Of a DNA stretch of 64,000 nucleotides, positions 19,407 through 27,772 are shown in pieces. A model generated the notes under the pieces. That model saw only the letters and a list, made by a program, of their open reading frames with translations. It had not been told where the DNA came from and made no database searches. The DNA is from an uncultured Chloroflexia bacterium (GTDB lineage Bacteria > Chloroflexota > Chloroflexia > Thermomicrobiales > UBA6265), in the NCBI GenBank assembly GCA_963724295.1, contig CAVRUC010000008.1, forward strand, positions 285,299 through 349,298, given 5' to 3'. The position numbers were made by a program, and so were the translations under genes. Each line of letters opens with the position of its first letter. The stretch's first letter is position 1.

Positions 19407-20714
19407 GTGGGAGCCCGGCAGGTGGGGTACCGCGGTCGGGGACCATTGACGTCGCGGCGATCGTCAAGTCCGTCTAACTTCGTTCCTTTGCTCGGCGGCA
19501 TCCTGGCCCTGGCAGCGGCGATGGGCATTGGTCGCTTCGCGTACACACCGCTCCTGCCAGCCATGCAGGAGACAGCCGGGCTCGATCCCACCCAGGCTGG
19601 ACTTCTCGCCGCCGCCAACTACGCGGGCTACCTGGTGGGGGCGCTGCTGGTCGCGGTTGCCGTGCCCGCGTCCGCACGCATTCGGGTCCTGATGGTGTCC
19701 GCCAGCGCGGTGGCGGCCACCACCGCGTTGATGGCGACCACGACGAATCTCGCTGCCTGGAGTGTCGTCCGCTTCATCGCCGGTCTGGCCAGCGCCGGAG
19801 TGCTCGTGATAGCCACTGGCATCGTCCTCGACAGCCTGCGGCGACAGGGCCGGGCAACGCTCTCCGGGTGGCTGTTCAGCGGGGTCGGTCTCGGCATCGT
19901 GGTCTCGGGCGTCGTCGTGCGCCTGACGAGAGAGATGCTCGGTTGGCGCGGAGACTGGCTCTTGCTCGCCCTCCTCGCCACCGCCGCGATCTACCCCTGC
20001 TGGCGGTGGCTGCCCCGCGCTGTGCACGTGCATGCGAACGCCCGGTCCACCACGTCAACACTGGAGCCAGCGCCGGCCTCGATGAGGAACCATGCGGCGC
20101 CGATCGCTCATGGACTGCTATTCACGGCCTACTTCCTGGAAGGGATTGGCTATATCGTCACGGGGACCTTCCTGGTGGCCATCGTCGATAGCACACCGGG
20201 GCTGCGGGGCATCGGCGTCAACGTCTGGATCGTCGTCGGTCTGGCGGCTATCCCATCCGCCGTCCTCTGGGCGGCATTGGCCGGACGCACGGGGTATGCA
20301 CGGGCTTTGGCCGGCGCCTATGTGCTGCAGGCAATCGGCATTGCCCTTCCCATCGCCGGCGGCGCCAGCGCCGCGTTCGCCTCAGCACTGTTGTTCGGAG
20401 GCACGTTCGCCGGTATCACAGCCCTCACCCTCACCCTGGGTGGGCATCTGGAGACCAGCCGTTCGGCTCGCCTGATCGGGATGCTGACCGCCGTCTTCGG
20501 TCTCGGCCAGATGATCGGTCCGGTGCTGGGCGGCGTCATCGCCCACCGAACCCAGAATTTCACTCTGGCGCTCGCCGCCGCGGCAGTCTGCGTCCTCGCC
20601 GGCGGCGTGCTGATGGCATCGCTACAGCCGTTCGATCCACTGCGGCAGGGGTCGCAAACGTCATCCGGCGAAAACAGGTCCACGCCGCCGATGCCGGCCG
20701 GTCGCACGCGGTAG
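19407..20714 (+). CDS. YbfB/YjiJ-family MFS transporter
   Basis: AMGIGRFAYTPLLPAM, AANYAGYLVGA, about 12 TM segments; start uncertain. Confidence 0.9.
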   Translation: MGARQVGYRGRGPLTSRRSSSPSNFVPLLGGILALAAAMGIGRFAYTPLLPAMQETAGLDPTQAGLLAAANYAGYLVGALLVAVAVPASARIRVLMVSASAVAATTALMATTTNLAAWSVVRFIAGLASAGVLVIATGIVLDSLRRQGRATLSGWLFSGVGLGIVVSGVVVRLTREMLGWRGDWLLLALLATAAIYPCWRWLPRAVHVHANARSTTSTLEPAPASMRNHAAPIAHGLLFTAYFLEGIGYIVTGTFLVAIVDSTPGLRGIGVNVWIVVGLAAIPSAVLWAALAGRTGYARALAGAYVLQAIGIALPIAGGASAAFASALLFGGTFAGITALTLTLGGHLETSRSARLIGMLTAVFGLGQMIGPVLGGVIAHRTQNFTLALAAAAVCVLAGGVLMASLQPFDPLRQGSQTSSGENRSTPPMPAGRTR

Positions 20715-20756
20715 GCTTGGGTCATGACCATGCCCGACCGAAAGAGGATGGAAGCG

Positions 20757-21245
20757 ATGGAGCTCGATCAGGCGGCGAAGAAGAAAGTCCTGCGTGACTT
20801 TACCTACGGACTCTACGCGGTGACGGCCACCCACGACGGCGAGCGCGGTGTTTTCACCGCCAACTGGTTGAGCCAGGCGTCGTTCGAGCCACCGCTGGTG
20901 ATGCTCTCCGTCGAGAACGACAGCTCGACCTTGCCCCTCATCCGCGGCAGCGGGCGCTTTGCGATCTGTCCCCTGGACGAAAACCAGAAGGCGCTGGCGG
21001 GGGCGCTGGGTCGCCCCAAAGCCCGCGCTGGGGACAAGTACGAGGCGCTCGACCTGGCCGTCGTCGACACCGAGAGTGGCGTGCCCGCGCTGGCTGACAG
21101 CCTCGGCTATGTCGTCTGCGATGTCCGCCATGAGGCGCCCGCCGGCGACTCGGTCGTCGTTATCGGCGAGGTCGTGGAGGCCCGCTCCTTCGCGGACACC
21201 CCACCGCTGGAGATGCGCGCCGCCGGATTTCGCCACGCGGGATAG
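20757..21245 (+). CDS. Flavin reductase family protein
   Basis: YGLYAVT, QASFEPP, AGDSVVVIGEV. Confidence 0.88.
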   Translation: MELDQAAKKKVLRDFTYGLYAVTATHDGERGVFTANWLSQASFEPPLVMLSVENDSSTLPLIRGSGRFAICPLDENQKALAGALGRPKARAGDKYEALDLAVVDTESGVPALADSLGYVVCDVRHEAPAGDSVVVIGEVVEARSFADTPPLEMRAAGFRHAG

Positions 21246-21250
21246 CTTCC

Positions 21251-21427
21251 GGAGGGGGGCGCTGCGCTGAGGGGGGGCGCCTTCGGCTGAGGGGGGCGGC
21301 CGCTCCGCGGCCTGAGGGGGAATGGGGAGAAAAGGGGCAGGGCGGGAACTCACCTCGTCCTTTGACCTTCTCCTCATCCCCCCTGGAGCGAAGCGACCCC
21401 CTTCTGCCCCTCAGCGAAGCGCCCCTC
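21251..21427. repeat. G-run/C-run modular repeat array
   Basis: Units of G5-7 / short GC hairpin / CTGA at 21251-21320, with complementary C-run units containing GCGAAGC at 21378-21427. Confidence 0.7.
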
Positions 21428-21687
21428 TAGCCTCTCGCTGGTTCCTGCGAGAGGTCCTCCTGCTGCTCGGTCGCGTCTTCCACGGTGTACTCGTCCTCGA
21501 TGTCGCCGTCATCCTCCAGCTCGTAGTCACCGGAGGCGATGACGTGCAGATCCTCCAGCACGTCGTAGGCGGCGAACGTGGCCTCCGCGAAGTCGACCTC
21601 ACCATGCACGTAGCGGACGAAGATTTCCGTCAACTCGGTGCCAATCCCGCGGGCGAGCATCTCCTGCTCCGCTGGGTTCTTGTCCAT
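21427..21687 (-). CDS. Small acidic hypothetical protein (86 aa)
   Basis: MDKNPAEQEMLARGIGTELTEIF...; GC-rich third codon positions; fills the gap between two repeat arrays. Confidence 0.65.
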   Translation of the reverse strand: MDKNPAEQEMLARGIGTELTEIFVRYVHGEVDFAEATFAAYDVLEDLHVIASGDYELEDDGDIEDEYTVEDATEQQEDLSQEPARG

Positions 21688-21789
21688 TCCGGCGCCCCCA
21701 TTTCCGCCCGCACCTGATCCGGGCGATGACCTACGCATTCTGCCGCACGGCGGCGCCAGTACGGGAGAGTATCGCCGGTTGAGGGTGAA

Positions 21790-21862
21790 GGGGGTGCCGC
21801 TTCGCTCAGGGGGTGCCGGTCGCTGCACTCCCTCAGGGGGAGTCGCCCGCGGCTCAGGGGGT
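21790..21862. repeat. G-run modular repeat array
   Basis: CTCAGGGGG three times, with GC-rich spacers. Confidence 0.7.
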
Positions 21863-21888
21863 AAAGGACGAAGGGAAAGACGACCCAA

Positions 21889-21934
21889 CCCCCTCTCCCG
21901 CCGAAGACAGGAGAAGGGGGTTAGGGAGTGAGGG
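21889..21934 (-). repeat. REP-like palindrome, copy 1
   Basis: Minus strand CCCTCACTCCCTAACCCCCTTCTCC-loop-GGGAGAGGGGG. Confidence 0.8.
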
Positions 21935-21958
21935 CAGAGGTCGGCTCGCCAGCTGCTT

Positions 21959-21995
21959 ACCGACTTGCCGACTTCCGACTTCGGACTTCCGACTC
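21959..21995. repeat. CCGACTT heptamer/octamer tandem repeat
   Basis: accgactt gccgactt ccgactt cggactt ccgactc. A related ctcgactc array lies at 22205-22236. Confidence 0.8.
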
Positions 21996-21999
21996 GATG

Positions 22000-22125
22000 C
22001 TAGTCCGCGCCGATGGCGCTAGGCTCGACCGTCACCACCAGCATGCTGGCACCGGTCGGCGCCACCATCCAGGCCACCACCAAGGCAATGAACGCTACGA
22101 ACGCCGCGATCGTCATCATGTCCAT
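22000..22125 (-). CDS. 41-aa single-TM small protein downstream of amtB
   Basis: GAAGGAGGG RBS; MDMMTIAAFVAFIALVVAWMVAPTGASMLVVTVEPSAIGAD*. Below the ORF-track length cutoff. Confidence 0.7.
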   Translation of the reverse strand: MDMMTIAAFVAFIALVVAWMVAPTGASMLVVTVEPSAIGAD

Positions 22126-22236
22126 GCCGTTCCCTCCTTCGACTGTCCGCCTTTGCGGATTGCGGGCGACGCAGGCGTCGCCCCTACACGTTGCCTTCTT
22201 CTTCTCGACTCCCCGACTGCTCGACTCCTCGACTCG

Positions 22237-23457
22237 TCACAACTGGTACGCCACCTCGCCGTGCGTGGTGGCATCGAGACCGAGGACTTCCTCCTGCTCC
22301 GGCACGCGCAGGCCAACGGTGACGTCGACGATTTTGAGGATGATCCAGGTCGCGGCGGCCGTGAACGCCGCCACGGCGGCCACCGCAACCGCCTGCTTCA
22401 GCAGCTGCCCAGGGTTGCCGTAGAAGAGGCCATCGGCACCGGCCGAATTGACCGTCGTCGTCGCGAAGAGCCCGGTCGCCAGCGCGCCCCAGATGCCACC
22501 CACACCATGGACGGCGAAGACGTCGAGCGCGTCATCGACCCCGACGTTTCGCTTCAGGATGTCTACCGCGAAGAAGCAGAAGATGCCGGCGCCAAGACCG
22601 ATCAGAATCGAGGCGGGCGTATCGACGAACCCGGCGGCCGGGGTGATCGCGACCAGACCGGAGACCGCACCGGCCGCCAACCCGAGCAGGCTGGGATGCC
22701 CGTGCCGGAGCCAGGAGGCGGTCATCCAGGCGAGACCGCCCATCGCCGCGGCGGTGTTGGTGACCACCAGTGCGTTCACCGCCAGACCGTTCGCGCCGAG
22801 AGCGCTGCCGCCGTTGAACCCGAACCAGCCAAACCAGAGGAGACCAGCGCCGAGCACGGTATAGGTCAGGTTGTGCGGCTCCAGCGGTGCGCTGCCGAAG
22901 CCGATGCGCTTGCCGAGCATGCCCGCGGCGACCAGTGCCGCTACTCCGGCGGTGATGTGGACGACGGTGCCGCCGGCAAAGTCGAGTGCGCCGTACGTGC
23001 GCAGCCAGCCGCCGACACCCCAGACCCAGTGGGCCACCGGAGCGTAGACGAGCGTCGCCCAGAGGAGACTGAAGATGGCCATCGCCTTGAACCGCTTGCG
23101 CTCGGCGAAGGCGCCGGAGATGAGCGCCGGAGTGATGATGGCGAACATCATCTGGAACGCCATGAACGAAAGCGCCGGGATCGTCGCCGCATAGTCGGCG
23201 TTCGGCTCCTGCCCGACTCCGCGCAGAGCCAGCCAGTCGATGCCACCGATGAGGCTTCCGCCCGGGGCAAACGCCAGCGAGTATCCCCACAGCACCCACT
23301 GCACGCTGATCAGCGCCAGGATGAAGAAGCTATGCATGATGGTGGACAGCACATTCTTGCGCTGCACCAACCCGCCGTAGAAGAAACCCAGAGCCGGCGT
23401 CATCAGCATCACCAGCGCCGTTGACATCAGCACCCAGGCGGTATCACCGGTATCCAA
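22237..23457 (-). CDS. amtB: Ammonium transporter
   Basis: DTAWVLMSTALVMLMTP, FQMMFAIIT, DFAGGTVVH, LLWFGWFGFNGGS, DDALDVFAVHG. Confidence 0.97.
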   Translation of the reverse strand: MDTGDTAWVLMSTALVMLMTPALGFFYGGLVQRKNVLSTIMHSFFILALISVQWVLWGYSLAFAPGGSLIGGIDWLALRGVGQEPNADYAATIPALSFMAFQMMFAIITPALISGAFAERKRFKAMAIFSLLWATLVYAPVAHWVWGVGGWLRTYGALDFAGGTVVHITAGVAALVAAGMLGKRIGFGSAPLEPHNLTYTVLGAGLLWFGWFGFNGGSALGANGLAVNALVVTNTAAAMGGLAWMTASWLRHGHPSLLGLAAGAVSGLVAITPAAGFVDTPASILIGLGAGIFCFFAVDILKRNVGVDDALDVFAVHGVGGIWGALATGLFATTTVNSAGADGLFYGNPGQLLKQAVAVAAVAAFTAAATWIILKIVDVTVGLRVPEQEEVLGLDATTHGEVAYQL

Positions 23458-23590
23458 GACTTCCCTCCCTATACGCGCCGCGCCAAGCGACAGCCATTCG
23501 CCGGGTCGCGACGGACCCTTCTAGGAGGAGTCTAGGAACCGGGCAATCCCATGAATACGTGCCGTGTGGACGAATTGCTCATCGGGTTTA

Positions 23591-23603
23591 GTGCAATTTG
23601 CAC
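23591..23603. promoter_or_regulatory. Palindrome upstream of amtB, candidate operator
   Basis: GTGCAA-T-TTGCAC in an AT-rich patch. Confidence 0.3.
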
Positions 23604-23713
23604 AATTTTCGGATGGACTCGCCAGAGTGCGCGGCGCTGGCCGATCGCGTTTGTGCGCCAAGAACAAGCGGGAGCGGATGCAAACGTGCGGCTCGCCACC
23701 CCGCGGCGGGAGC

Positions 23714-24370
23714 TCACCAACCTGGGTTCCAGGGAGGAAACCGCTCCGGCTCGGGCAGCGACAACGCTGGCCGGTGTTGGGGGAAGACCAGCTCCGCGCG
23801 CGGCTCCGCTACCGACCGCCGCAGCTCGTAGTTGAGCATTTTCACCGTCGAAGGGATGGCTCCGGCACTCTCCATGCGCCGGATGGCCGGACCAGGGTTG
23901 GTCTCCGAGCTGAAGAGCGCATCTTCCAGAAGAAAGACGTGCTGCCCCGCCTCGATCAGACCGAGCACCGATTGCAGCACGCAGACGTCGGTCTCACCGC
24001 CGGCGACGGCGATCTGGCTCCGTCCCAGCCGGCCGATCGCGTCCACGATCGACGGCTCACCGCAGCAGTTGAAGGTCTGCTTGGTATGACGCTGCCCATG
24101 CGCCGGGAAGAACGGCTCCAATCGCTCCGGCAACCAGCCCTTGGTCTCGATCGGTTGCTCGAAGGTGGCCAGGAACGGCACTTCGTAGACGGTCGCCAGG
24201 GCGAACAGGAACTCCAGCCGCGCCAGCAACGGCTCGCTCTCCCCGGCCATCCAGCCGTCGAGGAAATAGGGCTGCACGTCGATGACGACGATCGCCAGAT
24301 CTGTCGGGTCAACCATCAATCGGACCATCACACGTATTCCCTCTGCAGTCGGTTGGGCTATGGCGCTCAA
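23714..24370 (-). CDS. Isochorismatase-family cysteine hydrolase
   Basis: VIDVQ, KQTFNC, GGETDVCVLQS. Start may be about 40 nt further in. Confidence 0.88.
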   Translation of the reverse strand: MSAIAQPTAEGIRVMVRLMVDPTDLAIVVIDVQPYFLDGWMAGESEPLLARLEFLFALATVYEVPFLATFEQPIETKGWLPERLEPFFPAHGQRHTKQTFNCCGEPSIVDAIGRLGRSQIAVAGGETDVCVLQSVLGLIEAGQHVFLLEDALFSSETNPGPAIRRMESAGAIPSTVKMLNYELRRSVAEPRAELVFPQHRPALSLPEPERFPPWNPGW

Positions 24371-24429
24371 GCTGGATCCTGGCGACTCTGCTAATTGCCC
24401 GATCCCGCGTGCGATGTGCAGCGCCTACC

Positions 24430-27400
24430 TCAGATGACGAGCACGGCGTCCAGCTTTGCCTCGGCCAGCCGTGCGTTGAACGCAGGCAAGTCGGCGGCGA
24501 TGAGCCTCTCGAACGACGCGATCTTTTCGTCGATGCGGGTCTGCAGGTCGTTGAAAACCTCCTCGGCGACGTCGGTGGGTCGGTAGTCGCCGAGTGAGAC
24601 GTCGGCGGCGAGCGCCGTCAACTTGCCGAGGAGGCGCACCCCGTAGTTATAGGTCTCCCAGTCGCAACGAAGGTCCGCTACGAGCAGTGTCTTTTCGATC
24701 TCTAGCACGGCATCCCGCAAGCCCTCTGCGGCGCTTGCCACCTCCGCGCTCCCTTCCCGGTCTCGGGTTCGCTTCGCCCAACCGTCGAGCTGCGCTCGCA
24801 GGTCGCGCATGCGGTTGATCGTGGTCGTGGTGTGGTCGACCTGACGGTGAATCCGCAATAGCAAGTCATGCTGAGCGTCGAGATCAGCCTGAGTGGCCGC
24901 CACGTTCCCCGGTTTGAGGATGCGGAAAGGCTGGGTCAACACGGTGGCTCCGACGGTCAGCGTAACGGTGTATTCGCCGGGAGCGACCATGGGACCGACG
25001 ATCGGCTCCTTGCAGGGCGGATCGGTCCCCTCGATCCTGGTCGCCGGAGTGTGGCGCATATCCCAGACGAATCGGTTCCAACCAACCTGGGCCGGTACCC
25101 GGCGCTCCTTGGCCTGGGGCGGGTCATCCTCTTTGCGGCTGGAGAATTCCCGGATCGTCTCGCCATTCGCGGCGCGGAAAGTCAAGCCGATCGGCTCCTC
25201 GGGTGCGCCAACCAGCCGGTAGGTGATGATCACCCCCGCGGGTGGGTTCTCCCCGACGTCGAGGTACGTGCGGACGGCCTCGCCGTCAGCCGACGTCTCC
25301 ACGGTGAATGCGCCGGGGCGCATGGTGAGGTAGTTGGTCGAGCCAGCAACCTCGTCGGCAAAATCGATACCCGGCAGGATGCGCGTGGTGTCCCGCGGAG
25401 CGAAGAGATATGGCTCGCCATCCGGCACGCCACCTTGCGGACCCTCGGCCAGGTCCCGCAGCGGGGATAGGTCGTCCAGAATCCAGATCGAACGCCCGTG
25501 GGTGCCCGCGATCAGGTCGCTGCCCTTGATCAGGAGGTCGTGGATCGGCGCCACCGGCAAGTTTGACTGCCAGCGCTGCCAGCGGCCGCCGTCATCGAAT
25601 GAGACGTAGATGCCGGACTCGGTACCGGCGTAGAGAAGCCCTTGCCGCTGCGAATCGGCGCGAATGACACGAGTGAAATCATCCTCGCGGATGCCGGCGT
25701 CGATCCGGGACCAGTGCGCGCCGTAGTCGCGGGTCACGTAGAGATACGGTCGGTAGTCGTCGAGCTTGTACCGGGTAGCGGCGACATAGGCGGTGGCGGG
25801 ATCGAAGGGAGAGGGCTCGATGCCGGAGATCATCGTCCACTCGGGCAAGCCAGGCGGCGTGATCTCCTGCCAGGTGCCGCCGTTGTCACGGCTGAGGTGG
25901 AGACGGCCGTCGTCCGACCCGGCCCAGAAGACCCCGACCTCGTGGGGCGACTCGGCAAAGGCGAAGATGGTGGCGTAGACCTCGGCGCCGAGCGAGTCGC
26001 GGTTGATCGGGCCGCCACTTGGCTCGAGCGTCTTGGGGTCGGCTCGCGTCAGATCAGGGCTGATCGCTTCCCAGGTCTGCCCTTCGTTTGTGCTCCGGAA
26101 GACCTGATTGCCGGTGACGTAGAGCGTATTGGGGTTATGAGGGGAGACGACAATGGGGTAGGTCCAGGCGAAGCGATGCTTGTGCTCTCCGGCGCCATAG
26201 CCGCCCATTTCCTCGGGCCAGGTCGTAATGAGACGAATTTGATCGATGCCGCGGTCGAAGCGCTGGAGGGAGTTGCCGCCCCCGGGAGACGAACCGACAG
26301 CGCCGACGTAGACGACCTCCGGGTTGTCGGGGCGAACGGCGATGTAGCCGCTCTCACCGGTGCCGGCAATGAAGCCGTCGCCCCAGGTGATCGAGGAGTG
26401 GTTGGTGCGGCTGGGGACGGCGACGCTGGAATTGTCCTGCTGGGTGCCATAGACGACGTAGGGCTCGCGGGTGTCGACGGCAATGTGATAGAACTGGGCG
26501 GTCGGCTGGTTAAAGGTGGATGACCAGGAAAAGCCGCCGTTGACGGAGACGTTGGCGCCGCCGTCGTTGCCTTGAATCATGCGGCGAGTGTCGTGGGGGT
26601 CGATCCACAGATCGTGGTTGTCGCCGTGTGGCGTTGGGATGTCAGCGAAGGTCTTGCCACCGTCGCTGCTCTTCCAGAGTTTGAAGTTGTTGACGTAGAC
26701 CGTGTCGGCGTCCTGGGGATCGGCGGTGACATGGATGTAGTACCAGGCGCGTGAGATCAGGTTCTGGTCGTCGCTGACTTTCTGCCAATGGTCTCCATGA
26801 TCGTCACTCCGGTAGAGGCCACCCTCGGTGGCGTGCTCGACGAGCGCCCAGACACGGCCAGGGCGAGCCGGCGATGCGGCCACCCCGATCTTGCCAAGCA
26901 CGCCGGATGGAAGGTGCGGGCGCTCTGTCAGGTTCTCCCAGGTCTCGCCGCCGTCGACGCTGCGCCAGAATCCGCTATCGGGCCCGCCGCTGCTGATTTC
27001 CCAGAAGGAGCGATGGGCCTCCCAGATGGCGGCGTAAAGGATGCGTGGGTTGGTCTCGTCAAGACTGAGATCGACCGCCCCGGCCTGTTCGCTGACGAAG
27101 AGAACCTTGCGCCAGGTTACGCCGCCGTCGTCGCTCTTGAACACGCCACGCTCCGAGTTGGGCCCGAAGGCGTGACCGAGCGCCGCGACCCACACGACGT
27201 CCGGGTTGTCCGGGTGGACGCGAATCTTGCCGATGTGGCGCGTTTCGCGCAGCCCGAGGTTGCGCCAGCTTCGGCCGGCGTCGGTACTGCGATAGACCCC
27301 ATCGCCGTGGGAGACATCGATGCGGATGGTGGTCTCGCCGGTGCCGGCGTAGACGACGTTCGCGTCAGAAGGCGCCACGGCCAGGGCTCCGACCGAGGCG

Positions 27401-27603
27401 GTGGTGAAGAAGCCATCGGACACGGGCCGCCAGTATGTTCCGGCATCGGTCGTTTTCCAGACGCCGCCGGCGACAGCGCCGAAATAGAACGTGCTGGGAT
27501 CTTGCCGTGTGCCGGCTACGGCAACGACGCGGCCACCCCGGAACGGTCCGATGCAGCGCCATCTGAGCAGCCCCTCAAGATCGAGTTCCTGAATCTCGGA
27601 CAC
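24430..27603 (-). CDS. BNR/Asp-box (VPS10-like) beta-propeller glycosyl hydrolase-like protein
   Basis: WRCIGPFRGGR, repeated SxDGGxTW boxes, PHGDNHDLWIDP; GTG start at 27603 with a GGAAGGA RBS; no signal peptide. Confidence 0.9.
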   Translation of the reverse strand: MSEIQELDLEGLLRWRCIGPFRGGRVVAVAGTRQDPSTFYFGAVAGGVWKTTDAGTYWRPVSDGFFTTASVGALAVAPSDANVVYAGTGETTIRIDVSHGDGVYRSTDAGRSWRNLGLRETRHIGKIRVHPDNPDVVWVAALGHAFGPNSERGVFKSDDGGVTWRKVLFVSEQAGAVDLSLDETNPRILYAAIWEAHRSFWEISSGGPDSGFWRSVDGGETWENLTERPHLPSGVLGKIGVAASPARPGRVWALVEHATEGGLYRSDDHGDHWQKVSDDQNLISRAWYYIHVTADPQDADTVYVNNFKLWKSSDGGKTFADIPTPHGDNHDLWIDPHDTRRMIQGNDGGANVSVNGGFSWSSTFNQPTAQFYHIAVDTREPYVVYGTQQDNSSVAVPSRTNHSSITWGDGFIAGTGESGYIAVRPDNPEVVYVGAVGSSPGGGNSLQRFDRGIDQIRLITTWPEEMGGYGAGEHKHRFAWTYPIVVSPHNPNTLYVTGNQVFRSTNEGQTWEAISPDLTRADPKTLEPSGGPINRDSLGAEVYATIFAFAESPHEVGVFWAGSDDGRLHLSRDNGGTWQEITPPGLPEWTMISGIEPSPFDPATAYVAATRYKLDDYRPYLYVTRDYGAHWSRIDAGIREDDFTRVIRADSQRQGLLYAGTESGIYVSFDDGGRWQRWQSNLPVAPIHDLLIKGSDLIAGTHGRSIWILDDLSPLRDLAEGPQGGVPDGEPYLFAPRDTTRILPGIDFADEVAGSTNYLTMRPGAFTVETSADGEAVRTYLDVGENPPAGVIITYRLVGAPEEPIGLTFRAANGETIREFSSRKEDDPPQAKERRVPAQVGWNRFVWDMRHTPATRIEGTDPPCKEPIVGPMVAPGEYTVTLTVGATVLTQPFRILKPGNVAATQADLDAQHDLLLRIHRQVDHTTTTINRMRDLRAQLDGWAKRTRDREGSAEVASAAEGLRDAVLEIEKTLLVADLRCDWETYNYGVRLLGKLTALAADVSLGDYRPTDVAEEVFNDLQTRIDEKIASFERLIAADLPAFNARLAEAKLDAVLVI

Positions 27604-27772
27604 GGTAGATTCCTTCCACTTCAGGTTAGCGTTGTCGCAACCCCGGCCTAACCCACTGCGCTCAGCTCGAAGTCCGAGTGTCACGCGGCGCATAGCGATG
27701 GAATCGATGAAGGCGCTCCGTGGATCTGGACGACGTGATTGTAGCGGCGTGTGATGGGAACGCCGCCGCAGG

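Noticed and set aside
21251..22236. Repeat-spacer-like pattern as a CRISPR array
   Set aside because: Constant units are only 7-9 nt, spacers are short and irregular, and there are no cas genes in the window.
21928..23424. Long antisense ORFs here and elsewhere (e.g. 6191-7582, 50918-52321, 56640-57857)
   Set aside because: Shadow ORFs expected opposite high-GC coding sequence; no recognisable motifs.
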